A stretch of DNA of 60,233 nucleotides, filler included, from Sanchytrium tribonematis (GCA_018985235.1; 5 parts of 5 records of this genome joined end to end with filler, not necessarily neighbours in it); one strand, 5' to 3'. Positions 22,051-34,394 are shown, numbered from the whole stretch's first letter. A program made the numbers and translations. Notes: generated from the sequence alone by a model not told the origin.

Positions 22051-23294
22051 ATGCTTTTGACGACTCTATTCGCGTTACCCCAAAATAGACTAAAGAAGAG
22101 GTTTGACATGACTTCTATCGTGTCCAACTACCTCAATGACCATCCAGATATCAAACCCAAAGTGGAACAGCTCGTGAGCAAATTTGAGCCTCCCCTCCCT
22201 GTAACTAATGCGCCAGATGCATCTTCAACCCTCCCAACTTTCCCACCAGCATCATCAACGGACGATAAGCAAGAATCTAATAATTCTGCCGCAAAACAAG
22301 CAGAAGCATCTCCTGCATCATCTCCTGCATCATCTCCTGCATCAACTCCTGCTGAGACTCCTGCAGAAACACCCGCATCTACCCCTGCAGAAACACCTGC
22401 ATCAACGCCTACAGAGACTCCATCGAGACTCCATCAGATACTGGATCAGAAGCAAGTGCTCCAACCCAGTCAACTACTGATGCAGGTACTGATGCTTCTA
22501 CAGGCGATTCCACAAATTCCCAAGATTCTCAAGAATCTAGTGATTCAAGTGATTCAAGTGATTCTGGTGATTCCAATCCATTCACAAGTGGCAACTACTA
22601 CACTACAATCGCATTACCAGCTTGTGGCGCAGTTGTACTTCTAGTTGGTGGCGCATTCTTCATCAAGAGACACAGAAAGAAGAAACACAATTCCCTATTT
22701 AGAAATCAGTACGAGGATCATTCATCCATGACATCTAGTGGTAAAGCATCTATTCACTCTGATGAAAGATACATGCAGAATCATTCACCGTACAGAGACA
22801 CGCAAGAATCTTCCTTGCAATTAAATCAATCCAGTTATGGTGTTTCCGGTTACAAATCTCAATTTAGTAATCAATACATGACTGAATACGGTACAGAGAT
22901 GGATGATGCAACTGTCACAGATACGCAATATAGCAAACCAAAAGAATCAGCCAGAAGCACGCAATACACAGCGGGATCCAGAGCTTCTAGCGGATACAAC
23001 GATACTTACTTTGACGAAACAGCAAGACACACTGAATTTAGTGAAGCGAGTGGGTATTCTGACACGATGTATACTGCTGGAACAGAGGTGAAAACCATGT
23101 ACACCGAAGCGACTGAATATTCTGAGTTTAGGGATAGTGATTATTCGGAATTAAGAGAGAGTGAGTATACTGGAATGAGTGAGAGCATGTATACGGATGC
23201 GCAGAAAGATACAATGTATACTCTGGAAGTCAGGAATTCTGAATTTACTGAATATTCTGAAATGACAGATGATTATACCATGTATTCTGAATAA
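22051..23294 (+). CDS. Type I membrane protein: Ser/Thr/Pro stalk, TM, Tyr-rich cytoplasmic tail; 1-nt frameshift ~22425
   Basis: Adding one base gives TPSETPSDTGS..IALPACGAVVLLVGGAFFIKRHRKKK, in frame with ORF 22728..23294. Confidence 0.7.
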
Positions 23295-23314
23295 ATGGGT
23301 TCAATTTAATGAAT

Positions 23315-24084
23315 TTACAACATATTTACTAGCAAAGCCATTAAAATCATTTCCAAATAGCCACTTGCATTTGTAGTTTGTGTAGCCAATGCTGATTTAA
23401 TCTCATCCGTGTGTGAAGATGCCCATTCTAATACTTTTGGATCTACAGTATATGCGGCAGTCTTGGTGCTGGTTACATTCTAAATAAATATAAATGACCA
23501 TTGAAGTAGGCAAATAGCTGCTTGATTTGCTCACTAATGTGCCAGCAGGAGGAAGCGAGGCTGCACTCTCCGGGGATCCATCAGAAGGTCCACTAGAAGG
23601 TCCACCGGATGGATTATCAGATGGATTATCAGATGGTCCATTGGTATGCTGTCCAATTGGGCTGCTAGTTAAAGTCATGGAATGGCTCTCAGATTTCAAA
23701 GAACTCCATGTTTTACTTGCCAAACTCGTCATGGTTGTTTTTGCAGTCCATCTCTTTGTGGTTGTAGAATGACATTGCTCAGTAGACCATCCGTGACATA
23801 CCCATCCATTGCACACATATTCACCAGTAACTGTCAAGTTTCTGACTTCGCTGAGTGTAAGCCCGTAAATAATTTGCGATGCATTCTCCTTAAAGAGTCT
23901 CATTCCAGTGGCTAGCTCACTTAAAGTTGGGTAGTATAAGAATCCTTTGTCATCTAGAATATCTATCCCATAAAAAGCATTGTTTGTGACTTCGTATTCT
24001 CTAGCAGTAAAATCTCCTTCTGCAAAAGTCAAAAAATAGCGCGTTAATTGGGGATCTCCAGTAATGGGTGAGCCATCAGCAGTT
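23315..24084 (-). CDS. 5'-partial Ser/Thr-rich GPI-type surface protein; intron 23480-23498
   Basis: Frame open from the gap. Removing 19 nt gives the hydrophobic end NASGYLEMILMALLVNML*. Confidence 0.65.
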
Positions 24085-24184
24085 NNNNNNNNNNNNNNNN
24101 NNNNNNNNNNNNNNNNNNNNNNNNNNNNTTAATTAATTAANNNNNNNNNNNNNNNNNNNNNNNNNNNNNNNNNNNNNNNNNNNN
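24085..24184. other. Artificial contig linker
   Basis: N run with TTAATTAATTAA. Confidence 0.97.
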
Positions 24185-24625
24185 ACATCTCCTCAAATTA
24201 CAATCAAAGTTGCAAATGAATCAGAATTACAATCCGCATTCGATCTACGCCATGAAGCATTTGTCATTGGAGAAGGTGTCCCAGCTCATCTTGAATTTGA
24301 CCCATTGGATAAAGATGCCACCCATTTAGTTGCCATTTTAAACAATACGGTTGTCGGCTGCTGTAGATTCCTCATCAATGACAATTCTGCAAGATTGAGT
24401 AGACTAGTCACCCATAAATCGTATAGACGACTAGGCGTTGGTAAATCTCTGATAAAATATGCTGATTATTTGATTCATTCCAAAAAGTGCAAGGAAATTG
24501 TTGTTTATTCTCATGCCAATATTCATGTACAACAAATGTATTTTAAATTGGGCTATGCAAAGGATGGTGATGCGTTTACAGATAACGGCATTCAAGTTGT
24601 AAAATTGGTCAAAACTTTGCTTTAA
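24185..24625 (+). CDS. 5'-partial GNAT acetyltransferase (YjcF/ElaA-like)
   Basis: AFDLRHEAFVIGEGVPAHLEFDPLD..ATHLV..VGCCR..RLV..YRRLGVG..YFKLGY. Confidence 0.85.
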   Translation, partial: TSPQITIKVANESELQSAFDLRHEAFVIGEGVPAHLEFDPLDKDATHLVAILNNTVVGCCRFLINDNSARLSRLVTHKSYRRLGVGKSLIKYADYLIHSKKCKEIVVYSHANIHVQQMYFKLGYAKDGDAFTDNGIQVVKLVKTLL

Positions 24626-24648
24626 AACTACATTTTTAAAAAATAGAT

Positions 24649-26073
24649 TTATTTAATTAATTTTAATTTTTGGTATTGTTTGTAAATCGATTTCAGTGCA
24701 TTGGCTTTTGGTCCATGTCGCTCATTAATTTCATAGTCAAAGAATCCCTTTTGGTCATTTTTTAACCATAAACTAGATTGAAAATGTAAAATTTGAATTG
24801 GAAAAATAAGATTACTTGAAATGTATTGAATAAATGGATCATTTTCCAACTCGAGTAAACAATTGAGGATATTCTGTGCTATGATGAGCTGTTGTGGGTC
24901 ATCTGGATTGATACCCTTGAAATTTGCAAGGGCAGTTAATATTGGAGTATTTCCATTTTCATCAATTGCAAAAGCATTATAATGTAATTTGATAATATAA
25001 TTAAATACCTGCATATTCATAGATTTAATAGCATCGAAGACATGTTGATCTGTGACCCTGATTTGATTTTGGGCGATTTGGATGGCAAAATGCGAATTTG
25101 GCAAATTTGTGGCCATTTCTTCTTTTGGAATGAATTGACAATATAATAAGTAGTCATATACTTTTCCATTCTCATTGATTTCTAACAAGAGTGGGCTCAA
25201 ATCACTCAAATCAGTACCCTTATTCTCAATCCATCTATTAATTATATTTGTGTCATGGATAATTTTTAATTTCCTACGTTTTATGTAAAAATATTTGACG
25301 TAAAATAACCCTGATATAGCATTATACAGTTCTATGTCTCCTTTTATGATTAACTTTTCGTTTCTACCATCAAGTATTTCTTTCAAAATGAGCAATATTT
25401 CGCTATTTCCATATTTTAATGCGCATTTAATTGCTTCCTTAATGGTAATGTCATTTCCCATGCCTATTAGTATTAAGAATAGTCTCGTATTGCTAGATAT
25501 GATGGATTCACAGATGTTACTAAGAGTTTGATGCGTTTTCCCCTTTTTAATAGCAATCCGAGTTCCAGTATTTATATCTCCCATGTTATAAATGTAATCT
25601 CTAACCAGCTTTAATTTTATAATTACATTAATGCATTTTAAACAATGGAATTTCACACAAGTGCTTAAAATTGACTCATTGAATTTATCCAAATATCCAC
25701 TTCTTGATTCAGAATACTGCAGCAAATCATGCAATATTCCATCCTGCTGGTATTTGATAGCAGAATAAACAGATTTAAGGTAATATAATTTTAACTTTGA
25801 TGCTAGTAACAAATTTACAATGCTTTTATAACCAAAAGTAGATGCAATCACCAATGGGTCATTCATCTCATCTGTTTTCCATTTAGCTTGTTTTAAAGAC
25901 TTTAAAAAGTGTTCTGAAGCACTCGCATGTCCATATTTTACAGCAGTGACCAACGGATGTTGCTTAGGAAACCATTTTACTAAATTATCTGTTTGGTGAT
26001 GATCTAGCGCATTAATGACATTTTCGACAGAGTATTGGAATGTAAATATGAGAGGAAGGTAATGTAGTAACAT
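24649..26073 (-). CDS. Putative secreted ankyrin-repeat protein
   Basis: MLLHYLPLIFT start; PLVTAVKYGH, PLVIASTFGYKSIVNLLL, DENGNTPILTA. Confidence 0.6.
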   Translation of the reverse strand: MLLHYLPLIFTFQYSVENVINALDHHQTDNLVKWFPKQHPLVTAVKYGHASASEHFLKSLKQAKWKTDEMNDPLVIASTFGYKSIVNLLLASKLKLYYLKSVYSAIKYQQDGILHDLLQYSESRSGYLDKFNESILSTCVKFHCLKCINVIIKLKLVRDYIYNMGDINTGTRIAIKKGKTHQTLSNICESIISSNTRLFLILIGMGNDITIKEAIKCALKYGNSEILLILKEILDGRNEKLIIKGDIELYNAISGLFYVKYFYIKRRKLKIIHDTNIINRWIENKGTDLSDLSPLLLEINENGKVYDYLLYCQFIPKEEMATNLPNSHFAIQIAQNQIRVTDQHVFDAIKSMNMQVFNYIIKLHYNAFAIDENGNTPILTALANFKGINPDDPQQLIIAQNILNCLLELENDPFIQYISSNLIFPIQILHFQSSLWLKNDQKGFFDYEINERHGPKANALKSIYKQYQKLKLIK

Positions 26074-26324
26074 GGAGAATCGGATGACGAATCTGAACAC
26101 ATCTAGAAATCAGGTGATTCGGTGATCATGACGTCATTTTAAAGTATGGGGGAAGAAGACTAAAAATAAATCACACGACTCTTATTTTATTACACTCTCA
26201 TTTCATATAAACATAGATTTTTATTTTCTTATTACTAATTCTCACTTTTCTACTCTGTTTTGTGTGATTTCAATATATCATGAAATATTTTTTGAAACAC
26301 ACACGTCCATTTCAAAATTTTAAA

Positions 26325-28962
26325 ATGGAAACTCCAAAAAATGATCCCCTCCAAGAACTATTAAAGAAATTAGAGATAGAATTAAAATGCAGACAAGCAG
26401 CAGAGAATCTATTAACTACTTTAAAAGATGAAAATGCGCGTAATAATTGTCAATTACAAGTATTAGAAATCGATAAACGAATAGAATATCTGCAGAATGA
26501 GTTGAAGCCATATAATTTACAACCTAATTCGAAAGAATTGAGTGAATCTAATGCGTCGTTGGGCCAATTAATTACTTTAGTGAATTCTAAACCACAATTG
26601 AAACGTACTTTGAGTCGTAAATCCACTGCTACAATGATGGAAATGAACCCACCAGAAGAATTAGACCCTAATATTCGCCATTTAGCTGCTAAATATTCAT
26701 TATTATATGGATTAAGTGGCATGGATTTGACAAAAGAGCGAATTGCCTATAAATTGAAAACTTTGGGTCTTAAATACGAAATCGAGCAACAAATCAGACA
26801 AGGGATGGATAAGATGTCTGTATTAGCTGGTAATACAAAAGAAAAAGACTCCAAATTACAATTTACCCGCATTGAAATGCTTAAAAAGGCATTACAGAAA
26901 TACCAAGGTGTATTTATTGAAGATGTCCCTACAGAGTACAAATCACACCCTATTTCAGGTCTATTCACAGTGTTTATTGACCAAGTGCGTCTCCCACCCG
27001 CCATTAAACACTTTTTAGCCCCATCTGTCCAATATTACGTGGAAGTGCGTTTAGACACAACTAGCAAAAAAGAAACCAAACATGTCAAATCCATTAAAAT
27101 GAATAGCCCATCTGGTGAAATTGGCGTGATTAAAATTCAAGAAGAAATCAAATTACAAGTTGAAAAAGTGGAAGAATTTGAAATCTGCTTAGTAGAACAA
27201 GATTCAAGAGATAAGAGATATGTGGGTATTCTATTTGGTAAAACATCTGAATTAAAGGAACTACAAGAAAGAAAAGACTCTAATGGACCCACATTTGTAG
27301 AAGCCTGGTTTGATTGTGATCCAATTGGTCAAATCTTAATGCGCATCTCTATAGACACCAATATTAACAAAATGAACAGACAGGGTGCTGTAAAACGACA
27401 AAAAGCAGTTCAATTAAAGATTAATGGCCATTTATTTGCCACTCAGCAATTCTTTAGTGTCGTGACCTGTGGCGTGTGCTGTGAATTCGTACGAGTAAGA
27501 TCTCAAGCACTGGTCTGTCAAGAATGCAAGTTTCTTTGCCATAAGAAATGTGCGCCACGTGTGTTTGTCAAATGTTTGAGTTCCAATGAGAGTGAAAATG
27601 AAGATGTGCAATTATTACGACATTCTATTCCTCACAGATTCACTACTACGACTATTCTAAGCACTACATGGTGTGCGCATTGTGGTTTATTACTCCCATT
27701 AGGCAGAAAAGGGGCTAGAAAATGCAAAGAATGTCAAGTGTGTGCGCATGATAATTGTTATGAGATTATACCCAATTTATGTGGATTGAGTATCAGAAAA
27801 GCATATGAGATGATTGCATTAATCAAAGAAGCCAAACAACAAGCACAACAAGCTGCTCAAAATATCCAAAATACACAAAATGCCAATAAAATGAAAATCA
27901 CCCCTCTCCCTGACAAACAACTATTACAGTTATCCAACAAGGTATCCCTAGAGCATTTTCAATTCCTTGCCGTATTGGGAATGGGTAATTTTGGAAAAGT
28001 GATGCTATCAGAAGAGAAATCTACAAAACAATTATTTGCTATAAAAGTGCTTAAAAAGGATTTTGTGATTGAAAATGATGAATTGCAATCTATTCAAGCA
28101 GAAAAGAGACTATTCCAATTGGCTAGCACCAGCAGACATCCATTTTTAGTCTCTTTACATTCTTGCTTCCAAACTACGACTCGCTTATATTTCGTGATGG
28201 AATACATTTCTGGTGGTGATTTAATGTACCATATCCAACAGAAACCATTTACAGAATCACAAGCCAAGTTTTATAGCTGTGAAGTGCTTTTAGCTCTAGA
28301 ATTCTTTCATTTAAACAAGGTGATTTATAGGGATTTAAAATTGGATAATATCATGTTGGGATTAGATGGGCATGTGAAAATAGCTGATTATGGATTATGT
28401 AAAGAGAATATGGGACAAGGAGACACGACGAATACATTTTGTGGGACTCCTGAATTTATGGCACCTGAAATATTATTGGAACAAAATTACACCAAATCCA
28501 TTGATTGGTGGGCATTTGGAGTCTTGATTTATGAAATGATATTGGGACAGAGTCCATTTAGAGGAGATGGAGAAGATGAAATATTTCAAAGCATTTTAGA
28601 AGATGAAGTGGTGTATCCCATTAATATGAGTAAAGAAGCCATTTCTGTGTGTCAAAAAGTAATTTAAATTAAAATAGTTGTTGACTAAAGAACCCAGTCG
28701 TCGATTGGGCAGTGGCGTAGAAGATGCCAAAGATATTAAAATGCAGCCATATTTTATGAATGTGGATTGGGAAGGATTGTTAAATAAGACAGTACAGCCC
28801 CCATTTATGCCAAATATTAGTAATCCAAATGATATTAGTAATTTTGATGAAGAATTTACAAAGCAATTACCTGTTTTGACACCTGTTAAAGATGTTTTAG
28901 ATGAAATTGATCAGCGTGAATTTAGAGGGTTTTCATATACTGCAGATTGGGCATTAAAATAA
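26325..28962 (+). CDS. PKC1: Protein kinase C, fungal type (HR1 x2, C2, C1 x2, kinase, AGC tail); intron 28659-28677
   Basis: LGMGNFGKV, YRDLKLDN, TFCGTPEF. Splicing gives CQK|LLTKEPSRRLG; NFDEEFT and FRGFSY. An upstream in-frame ATG exists at 26280. Confidence 0.95.
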
Positions 28963-29068
28963 ATATATTCTGTCTAATTGTTTTGGGATAGCTCACAGAT
29001 CAGTTGAATGATTGGTGGGGATATATTAGAAGGGGCTTTAAATAGCGTACAATGGATGAATTGGGGAG

Positions 29069-29407
29069 ATGTTGATTGTGAGTTGTATTTTAGCGACACT
29101 GACAGTAGTTTGTGACGATTCACGTGGTACAGATATTGGTGCTCGATTAGCAGCGAAAGCGTTGTTTTTTCAGTCGGATAAAGTCACTCGTATGGATATT
29201 GTGACAATACCATCAATTGACATTGATGATGTAAGTGGAATTTACTATAAATATATTCAACGTGGAATTCAAAATGCAAAAATGAGTGATGTATTTATTG
29301 GTCTCATATCTACGACACCTGAAACTAGTAGTGGAACCATGGCATTATTTCGATATTTTGTGAGTGGACAGGTACCAGATTATGCATTGAAAGTGGAAAA
29401 TTGTTAA
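29069..29407 (+). CDS. Small hypothetical secreted protein
   Basis: MLIVSCILA start; stop followed by TAAA. Confidence 0.55.
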   Translation: MLIVSCILATLTVVCDDSRGTDIGARLAAKALFFQSDKVTRMDIVTIPSIDIDDVSGIYYKYIQRGIQNAKMSDVFIGLISTTPETSSGTMALFRYFVSGQVPDYALKVENC

Positions 29408-29423
29408 TAAAATTACTTTATTT

Positions 29424-30866
29424 TCAAATAAATCCAAATAAAATCAATAAATAATAAAATGACATGACACAACACCCACTAATATCAGCACCAACCGTAA
29501 TACTCTGCTGATGATAATCTTTTGCTTCATAATTCTCTTTAACGCAAGAATCCATTGAAATAATGTTGTGTTTTTTTAATAATCCCAAATATGCTTCAGT
29601 CAAGTCCAAATTATCATGTTCTGCCGCATTGATCCGTATAAAATACGATCTACCGGGATTATTAGACATGAATGAAATCATATCTTGCGCATCTTTTAGT
29701 GAAACAGGTTGGGGCATGGCGTATATTAATTTGAGGGCATTCACTGGTTCTGTTAATAATTGGTCTACTACGATGCCATCTACCAATTTATCTTTAGCCA
29801 CCGTGAGTAGGGAATCATAATAAGTGGATGCAGTGGTTTTAGGGTCATTTGAACCAATATTTAATGCGATTTTAGTATCATTTTGAAGTAATAATGTCTT
29901 TAAAGCGGGTTTGACAGATTCATCACCAGAATCTTGTTGATTGATCAAATAAATCACGGGGACATCTTGAAACATCTTCAATACTTTGGTGAGTGAGATG
30001 GATGCATTATTTTGCTGTAAATTGACATCAGCGAGTAATACAATAGAATGTGCTACAGAACATTGTGTATAATATGGATTTTTAGCCACACAATCTTGTA
30101 AAATACCATTATTTGGATTTAAATGACCTTGTGGGTCAAATGGACCATGTAATTGAGTAGAACAATCTTGTGGACATCCATAGCAACCAGAATCACTTGC
30201 TTGACAGATCCCATCTCCACATTTATCAGATCTGGTTTCAACTTGAGATATTTCAACTTGAGATGGTTGAATTTGTTGCTGTGTTTGGGGTTGTTTTTGA
30301 GCAATTTGAATGGGTGTGGATGTATTTAATAAACTCACATTACTAGTTTGTTGTTGCTGTAATGCATTTTGAGATTGTAGCATGTTGAAATCAGTAGATT
30401 GTTGCACTTCTTTATGGCCATTGCCACCCATTGGAGATGCTTCATCTGTGGTTGGGAAGCCATTCGGCGTACCATTAGATGTATCTATATTGCCATTTGG
30501 ATTTGTAATCACTGCATCACCTGCAACTGGCACTGGATCTTGAGCCTCAATTGGTTTTGAGTGAATTGGAGTAGAATTAAATCTAGGAAGTGTAGGTTTC
30601 AATATAATATCAGAATCACCAGTGAAATTAGTTGTTAAATTAGTGTTGTTTACAGATGGTAGTTCTGGTGATTCTGGCTGATCTGGTTCGATAGGCTCAA
30701 TAAAATCTTCCGAAGATACGGATTTGCTTAAATTATTAATTTGATTGCTTTGTGATATAGTGCCATCATTGGTGCCACTACTCGTACTGGTAGTAGCACT
30801 GGTTTGTAATGGATTGACGGATGTATTGGGTTGATTATTCGATGTCATACGGGGATGGAAATGCAT
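29424..30866 (-). CDS. Low-complexity N-terminus, Cys-rich module, degenerate polysaccharide-deacetylase-like domain, hydrophobic C-terminus
   Basis: CGDGIC..C..CPQDC; TQCSVAHSIVLLADV resembles the chitin deacetylase C..P..ALTFDDG region; SMDSCV; ends FYYLLILFGFI. Confidence 0.5.
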   Translation of the reverse strand: MHFHPRMTSNNQPNTSVNPLQTSATTSTSSGTNDGTISQSNQINNLSKSVSSEDFIEPIEPDQPESPELPSVNNTNLTTNFTGDSDIILKPTLPRFNSTPIHSKPIEAQDPVPVAGDAVITNPNGNIDTSNGTPNGFPTTDEASPMGGNGHKEVQQSTDFNMLQSQNALQQQQTSNVSLLNTSTPIQIAQKQPQTQQQIQPSQVEISQVETRSDKCGDGICQASDSGCYGCPQDCSTQLHGPFDPQGHLNPNNGILQDCVAKNPYYTQCSVAHSIVLLADVNLQQNNASISLTKVLKMFQDVPVIYLINQQDSGDESVKPALKTLLLQNDTKIALNIGSNDPKTTASTYYDSLLTVAKDKLVDGIVVDQLLTEPVNALKLIYAMPQPVSLKDAQDMISFMSNNPGRSYFIRINAAEHDNLDLTEAYLGLLKKHNIISMDSCVKENYEAKDYHQQSITVGADISGCCVMSFYYLLILFGFI

Positions 30867-31038
30867 TTGGTTTTTGGTTGCAAAAAAGATCCTGTGACAG
30901 ACTGTGATTGGGGTGACAGAATGACAAGGGGCTATTATGGAGATTGATTGGTGGGGATATATTAGTTATTTTGAAGACATGACGCAATTTTAAATTTGGC
31001 AAATTGCAGCACATTTTCAGTCCATTTCATATAATCAT

Positions 31039-33336
31039 TTATTCATGATTTAATTGTTGTAGAATTACTCTACAGATCTCTGCAACATCCACATCCTCAT
31101 GATATGTCAATTCTTTCATTTGATTCACCAATTTTGATTTCATGTCTTCATCTTTAATATCCGTATAAAATGACATGTAATAAATGATTTCCAGAGTCTC
31201 TATCAATTGATCTGAATTATTTAGACATGAAATGAAATTTGATAGTAAAATTGGGTCAAATTTCAAATAAAAGCCATTTGAAATTAATTGAAAACATCCA
31301 AAAATAGCTATTTCTGATGATCTATTTGATAAATAAACTACTTGAGATTCCCAATAATATGCATCTGTCTGAATTAATAGTGCCATGGCCATTTTAATCT
31401 TCATTTTGAGTAATTTATCAAATTCGTGATTAAAATGATTGGATAATTTATAATGCTGATAAATAGCTGTTAAATCATCAAATAATCTCAATTTGGTAGT
31501 CAATACTTTACAGAATCCTAAATAATCTGATATATAATCATCAGATTCATACTCAATGGCTGTTTTAGAAATGAGATGAGATAATAAAATCCAATCCTTG
31601 TGAGTCTGATTGTATTTAAACAGCAATTTGACTAGTTTGAGACATTGAAATAGATCATTTACATTCTCTTTTGTTTGATTTTCCATTAAAATGTGCTCTA
31701 AAGCTCTCAAAATACCATGATTTAGTAAATGTTCCACATTTGTAGTCGTATTTGCTAATTTGATCATAATTTCAATATAATTTGAGAAATATAGACTATG
31801 AATATCAGCATATCTATTCAATGCACTAATTATATCATGTGTCATGAATTGACTTGAAAAATCATCAATTTGCAAATGATTTAAAATAGTCAAAATATCA
31901 TTTTCTAAAGATGAAATCATCAATAATTGCATCAAATCAGATAATAATCCATATTGTATACATTTTTCATCAAATTCATAAATAGAAATAGCAATAGCAT
32001 CCAATTCATTTGAATTTAAAATGAGTTTCATGGTTTGCAATACTTCCAAATCGTGGTAAGATAGCACCATTTCAGTCTGATCATGCTCAATTGGTACTTC
32101 TTTATCATTCATCGCATTTCTTGTTATGAATAATCCATTATATCCAGCTGGTTTTTCAAATTTAACCATTTTATCTGAAATGTCGTTCATTTTTGAAACA
32201 AATTCATCGTCATTCAAATTCAATTTCATGATGGATGGAATCACTGATTGAAAATGCTGTGCACTATATTCATTATCGAGCCCTAATAACATGAGATGCT
32301 TCCATTGATCTGATTTCATCACTGAAATAGGCAATTTTAACAAATCGAGTAATAATTCATGAAATATCAACTCATTAATAAAATAAGGATATTTGCCACT
32401 TAATAGAGTGTTATAAATTGCAATAATCTCATTTACAAGCGCACCATTTCTCATTAATTGATTATAAATCTTAAAAATTTCAATTTTATAAATGGGTGCT
32501 TCAGAATGAGTTTGTAGCAAATGAAATGCATATTGCATGTTTTCTTCAATCTCACTAGATAATTGGTTGGTTATAAAATCCATTGCTTTCTCTTTGGCTA
32601 ATTTATTTGCCGTATGATTCACTCCAAATAAAATATGATTTTCTAATTTCATTTCATCTAAATTCTTTAATATTTTCAATAATTTAAGTTGGATGGCATG
32701 CGAATTGGATGTAATATCCAATGCTTTATTCAATTGTGGTCTCAATCCGTTGTAATAGGCTCTTTGTGATATTTTATATTTAATCAAATGATTTAATAAG
32801 AAATCAATGCAAATGGGATACAATTCTGGATAATCTAATAATGCACAAGCACTTTTACACAAATAATCTCGTGCATAAATATCAGAATTGAAGAAATATT
32901 CAATTAATTGAATTTCATTCTCAGAAATATCACCAAATAGACCAGAATTAGAGTGAAAATGATAATACAATGCATATAGCATATAAGATTGTGCTTTAAC
33001 TGGCAAATGACTATCAATTTCACGAATAATATCCTTATTTGCATTTATAAACTCATAATTCATGTATTTAAATGGCAATTGATAATTAATAATGCTTAAT
33101 TGATCACCTAATTGTAATTTATAGTCTGATTTGAGTATATTTAAGAGTATTTCAAAGTAAATTCGGGATGGATGGATACGTAATTCGTTGATAATCAGTG
33201 AAATACAATCATTTGTGATGATTTTAGGAACATCTTGTGTATTTTGAGATAATAGATAGATTTGATTGAGATTCATTTGCGAATTTAGAGAGCTGTTTGT
33301 TTTAAAACAGTTTCTGAAGGATTGATTGGTTGGCAT
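31039..33336 (-). CDS. Hypothetical alpha-solenoid (ARM/HEAT-like) protein
   Basis: 765-aa ORF of Leu/Ile-rich helical character, with LLNHGILRAL and LTYHEDVDVAEICRVIL. Confidence 0.55.
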   Translation of the reverse strand: MPTNQSFRNCFKTNSSLNSQMNLNQIYLLSQNTQDVPKIITNDCISLIINELRIHPSRIYFEILLNILKSDYKLQLGDQLSIINYQLPFKYMNYEFINANKDIIREIDSHLPVKAQSYMLYALYYHFHSNSGLFGDISENEIQLIEYFFNSDIYARDYLCKSACALLDYPELYPICIDFLLNHLIKYKISQRAYYNGLRPQLNKALDITSNSHAIQLKLLKILKNLDEMKLENHILFGVNHTANKLAKEKAMDFITNQLSSEIEENMQYAFHLLQTHSEAPIYKIEIFKIYNQLMRNGALVNEIIAIYNTLLSGKYPYFINELIFHELLLDLLKLPISVMKSDQWKHLMLLGLDNEYSAQHFQSVIPSIMKLNLNDDEFVSKMNDISDKMVKFEKPAGYNGLFITRNAMNDKEVPIEHDQTEMVLSYHDLEVLQTMKLILNSNELDAIAISIYEFDEKCIQYGLLSDLMQLLMISSLENDILTILNHLQIDDFSSQFMTHDIISALNRYADIHSLYFSNYIEIMIKLANTTTNVEHLLNHGILRALEHILMENQTKENVNDLFQCLKLVKLLFKYNQTHKDWILLSHLISKTAIEYESDDYISDYLGFCKVLTTKLRLFDDLTAIYQHYKLSNHFNHEFDKLLKMKIKMAMALLIQTDAYYWESQVVYLSNRSSEIAIFGCFQLISNGFYLKFDPILLSNFISCLNNSDQLIETLEIIYYMSFYTDIKDEDMKSKLVNQMKELTYHEDVDVAEICRVILQQLNHE

Positions 33337-33572
33337 TTCATTATTTTAGAAAATAATTGTTTTGACGTATCGTGACGTCTCTTTTCGCAACAGAATGGGC
33401 TTTGTGATGACCCCGAAATGAGCTGCAAAATTTTGCCTTTACACAGTGTCTAGTTGTCTAATATCAGATCCTGTACTCCTATTGGACCAATTATCTTGGC
33501 TGTTAATATTGCATTGCCTTGACTTTTCTGTGCAGCAGTAGTTAAAAGCCGACGACATCTCTTTCATTACAA

Positions 33573-34199
33573 ATGATTTTCATGATTCTATTATCAATTA
33601 TTTTCGGAAATGAAAAAGACGATTTTCGATTTGCTTCAAAAGTAGGTCATGACATTCAAAAAATTTTAAAAAAATTGAATGTTCAAGAAAAACATTTAAA
33701 ATTCTTGTTCTTCAATAGACTAGTAGAAATTGCAAAAAATCTGGATTATATGGGCTATAGAGAAATTCTAATGGGTCGAAACGATAATTCACAATGGCTT
33801 ATCAATGAATTTGAGTCATTAAAGCAAATAGAAGTTTATGATAATAACTTAAAACGTTATGTGAGCAATTATAATGATGAAAAGGATCCAGAGAAAAAAA
33901 TCGAAATGCGAAAAAATCTTGCTGAAACCTGGGTTAAATATTCTGCGGCATATAGAAGAATGGTACCAACCCCAGATTCATTGGATGCAATTGAATCAGA
34001 AGCGGAACAATCTAAAAGGGAATTTGATCATACGTTTGAGTCAAATACAAGAAGAGTCAGAACTACATTTGATAAGTATTTATTTGAACCAGGCTATCAT
34101 CAACCCTTTGAGACGGGGCTTATGAATACTGAATTAGCACGCACGTCTTCTGAAGGAAGGAACATCGATTCCATGGAGGTTGTCCCCCATGTCGCCTAA
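33573..34199 (+). CDS. Hypothetical secreted protein
   Basis: MIFMILLSIIFG start; 208-aa ORF. Confidence 0.6.
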   Translation: MIFMILLSIIFGNEKDDFRFASKVGHDIQKILKKLNVQEKHLKFLFFNRLVEIAKNLDYMGYREILMGRNDNSQWLINEFESLKQIEVYDNNLKRYVSNYNDEKDPEKKIEMRKNLAETWVKYSAAYRRMVPTPDSLDAIESEAEQSKREFDHTFESNTRRVRTTFDKYLFEPGYHQPFETGLMNTELARTSSEGRNIDSMEVVPHVA

Positions 34200-34394
34200 T
34201 AAAATCTTTATTATTAAATCTTTTTTTAATATGTCGTATGCTCTGTATTATCACCAATTTGTATCCATCCATTCTCAATCCACTAAAATCCAATGGCTCT
34301 TGACATTTCTATACAGGAACAAATGTTTCAACTCATCAAATGTGGTTAATTGGGGATCGTTTTGCATCGTTTGAAGTAATCTTTTTTGAAACAT

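Noticed and set aside
22310..22440. Short tandem repeats (TCTCCTGCATCA etc.) as a CRISPR-like or satellite array
   Set aside because: Codon-phased coding repeats for an SPAS/TPAE stalk, with no unique spacers.
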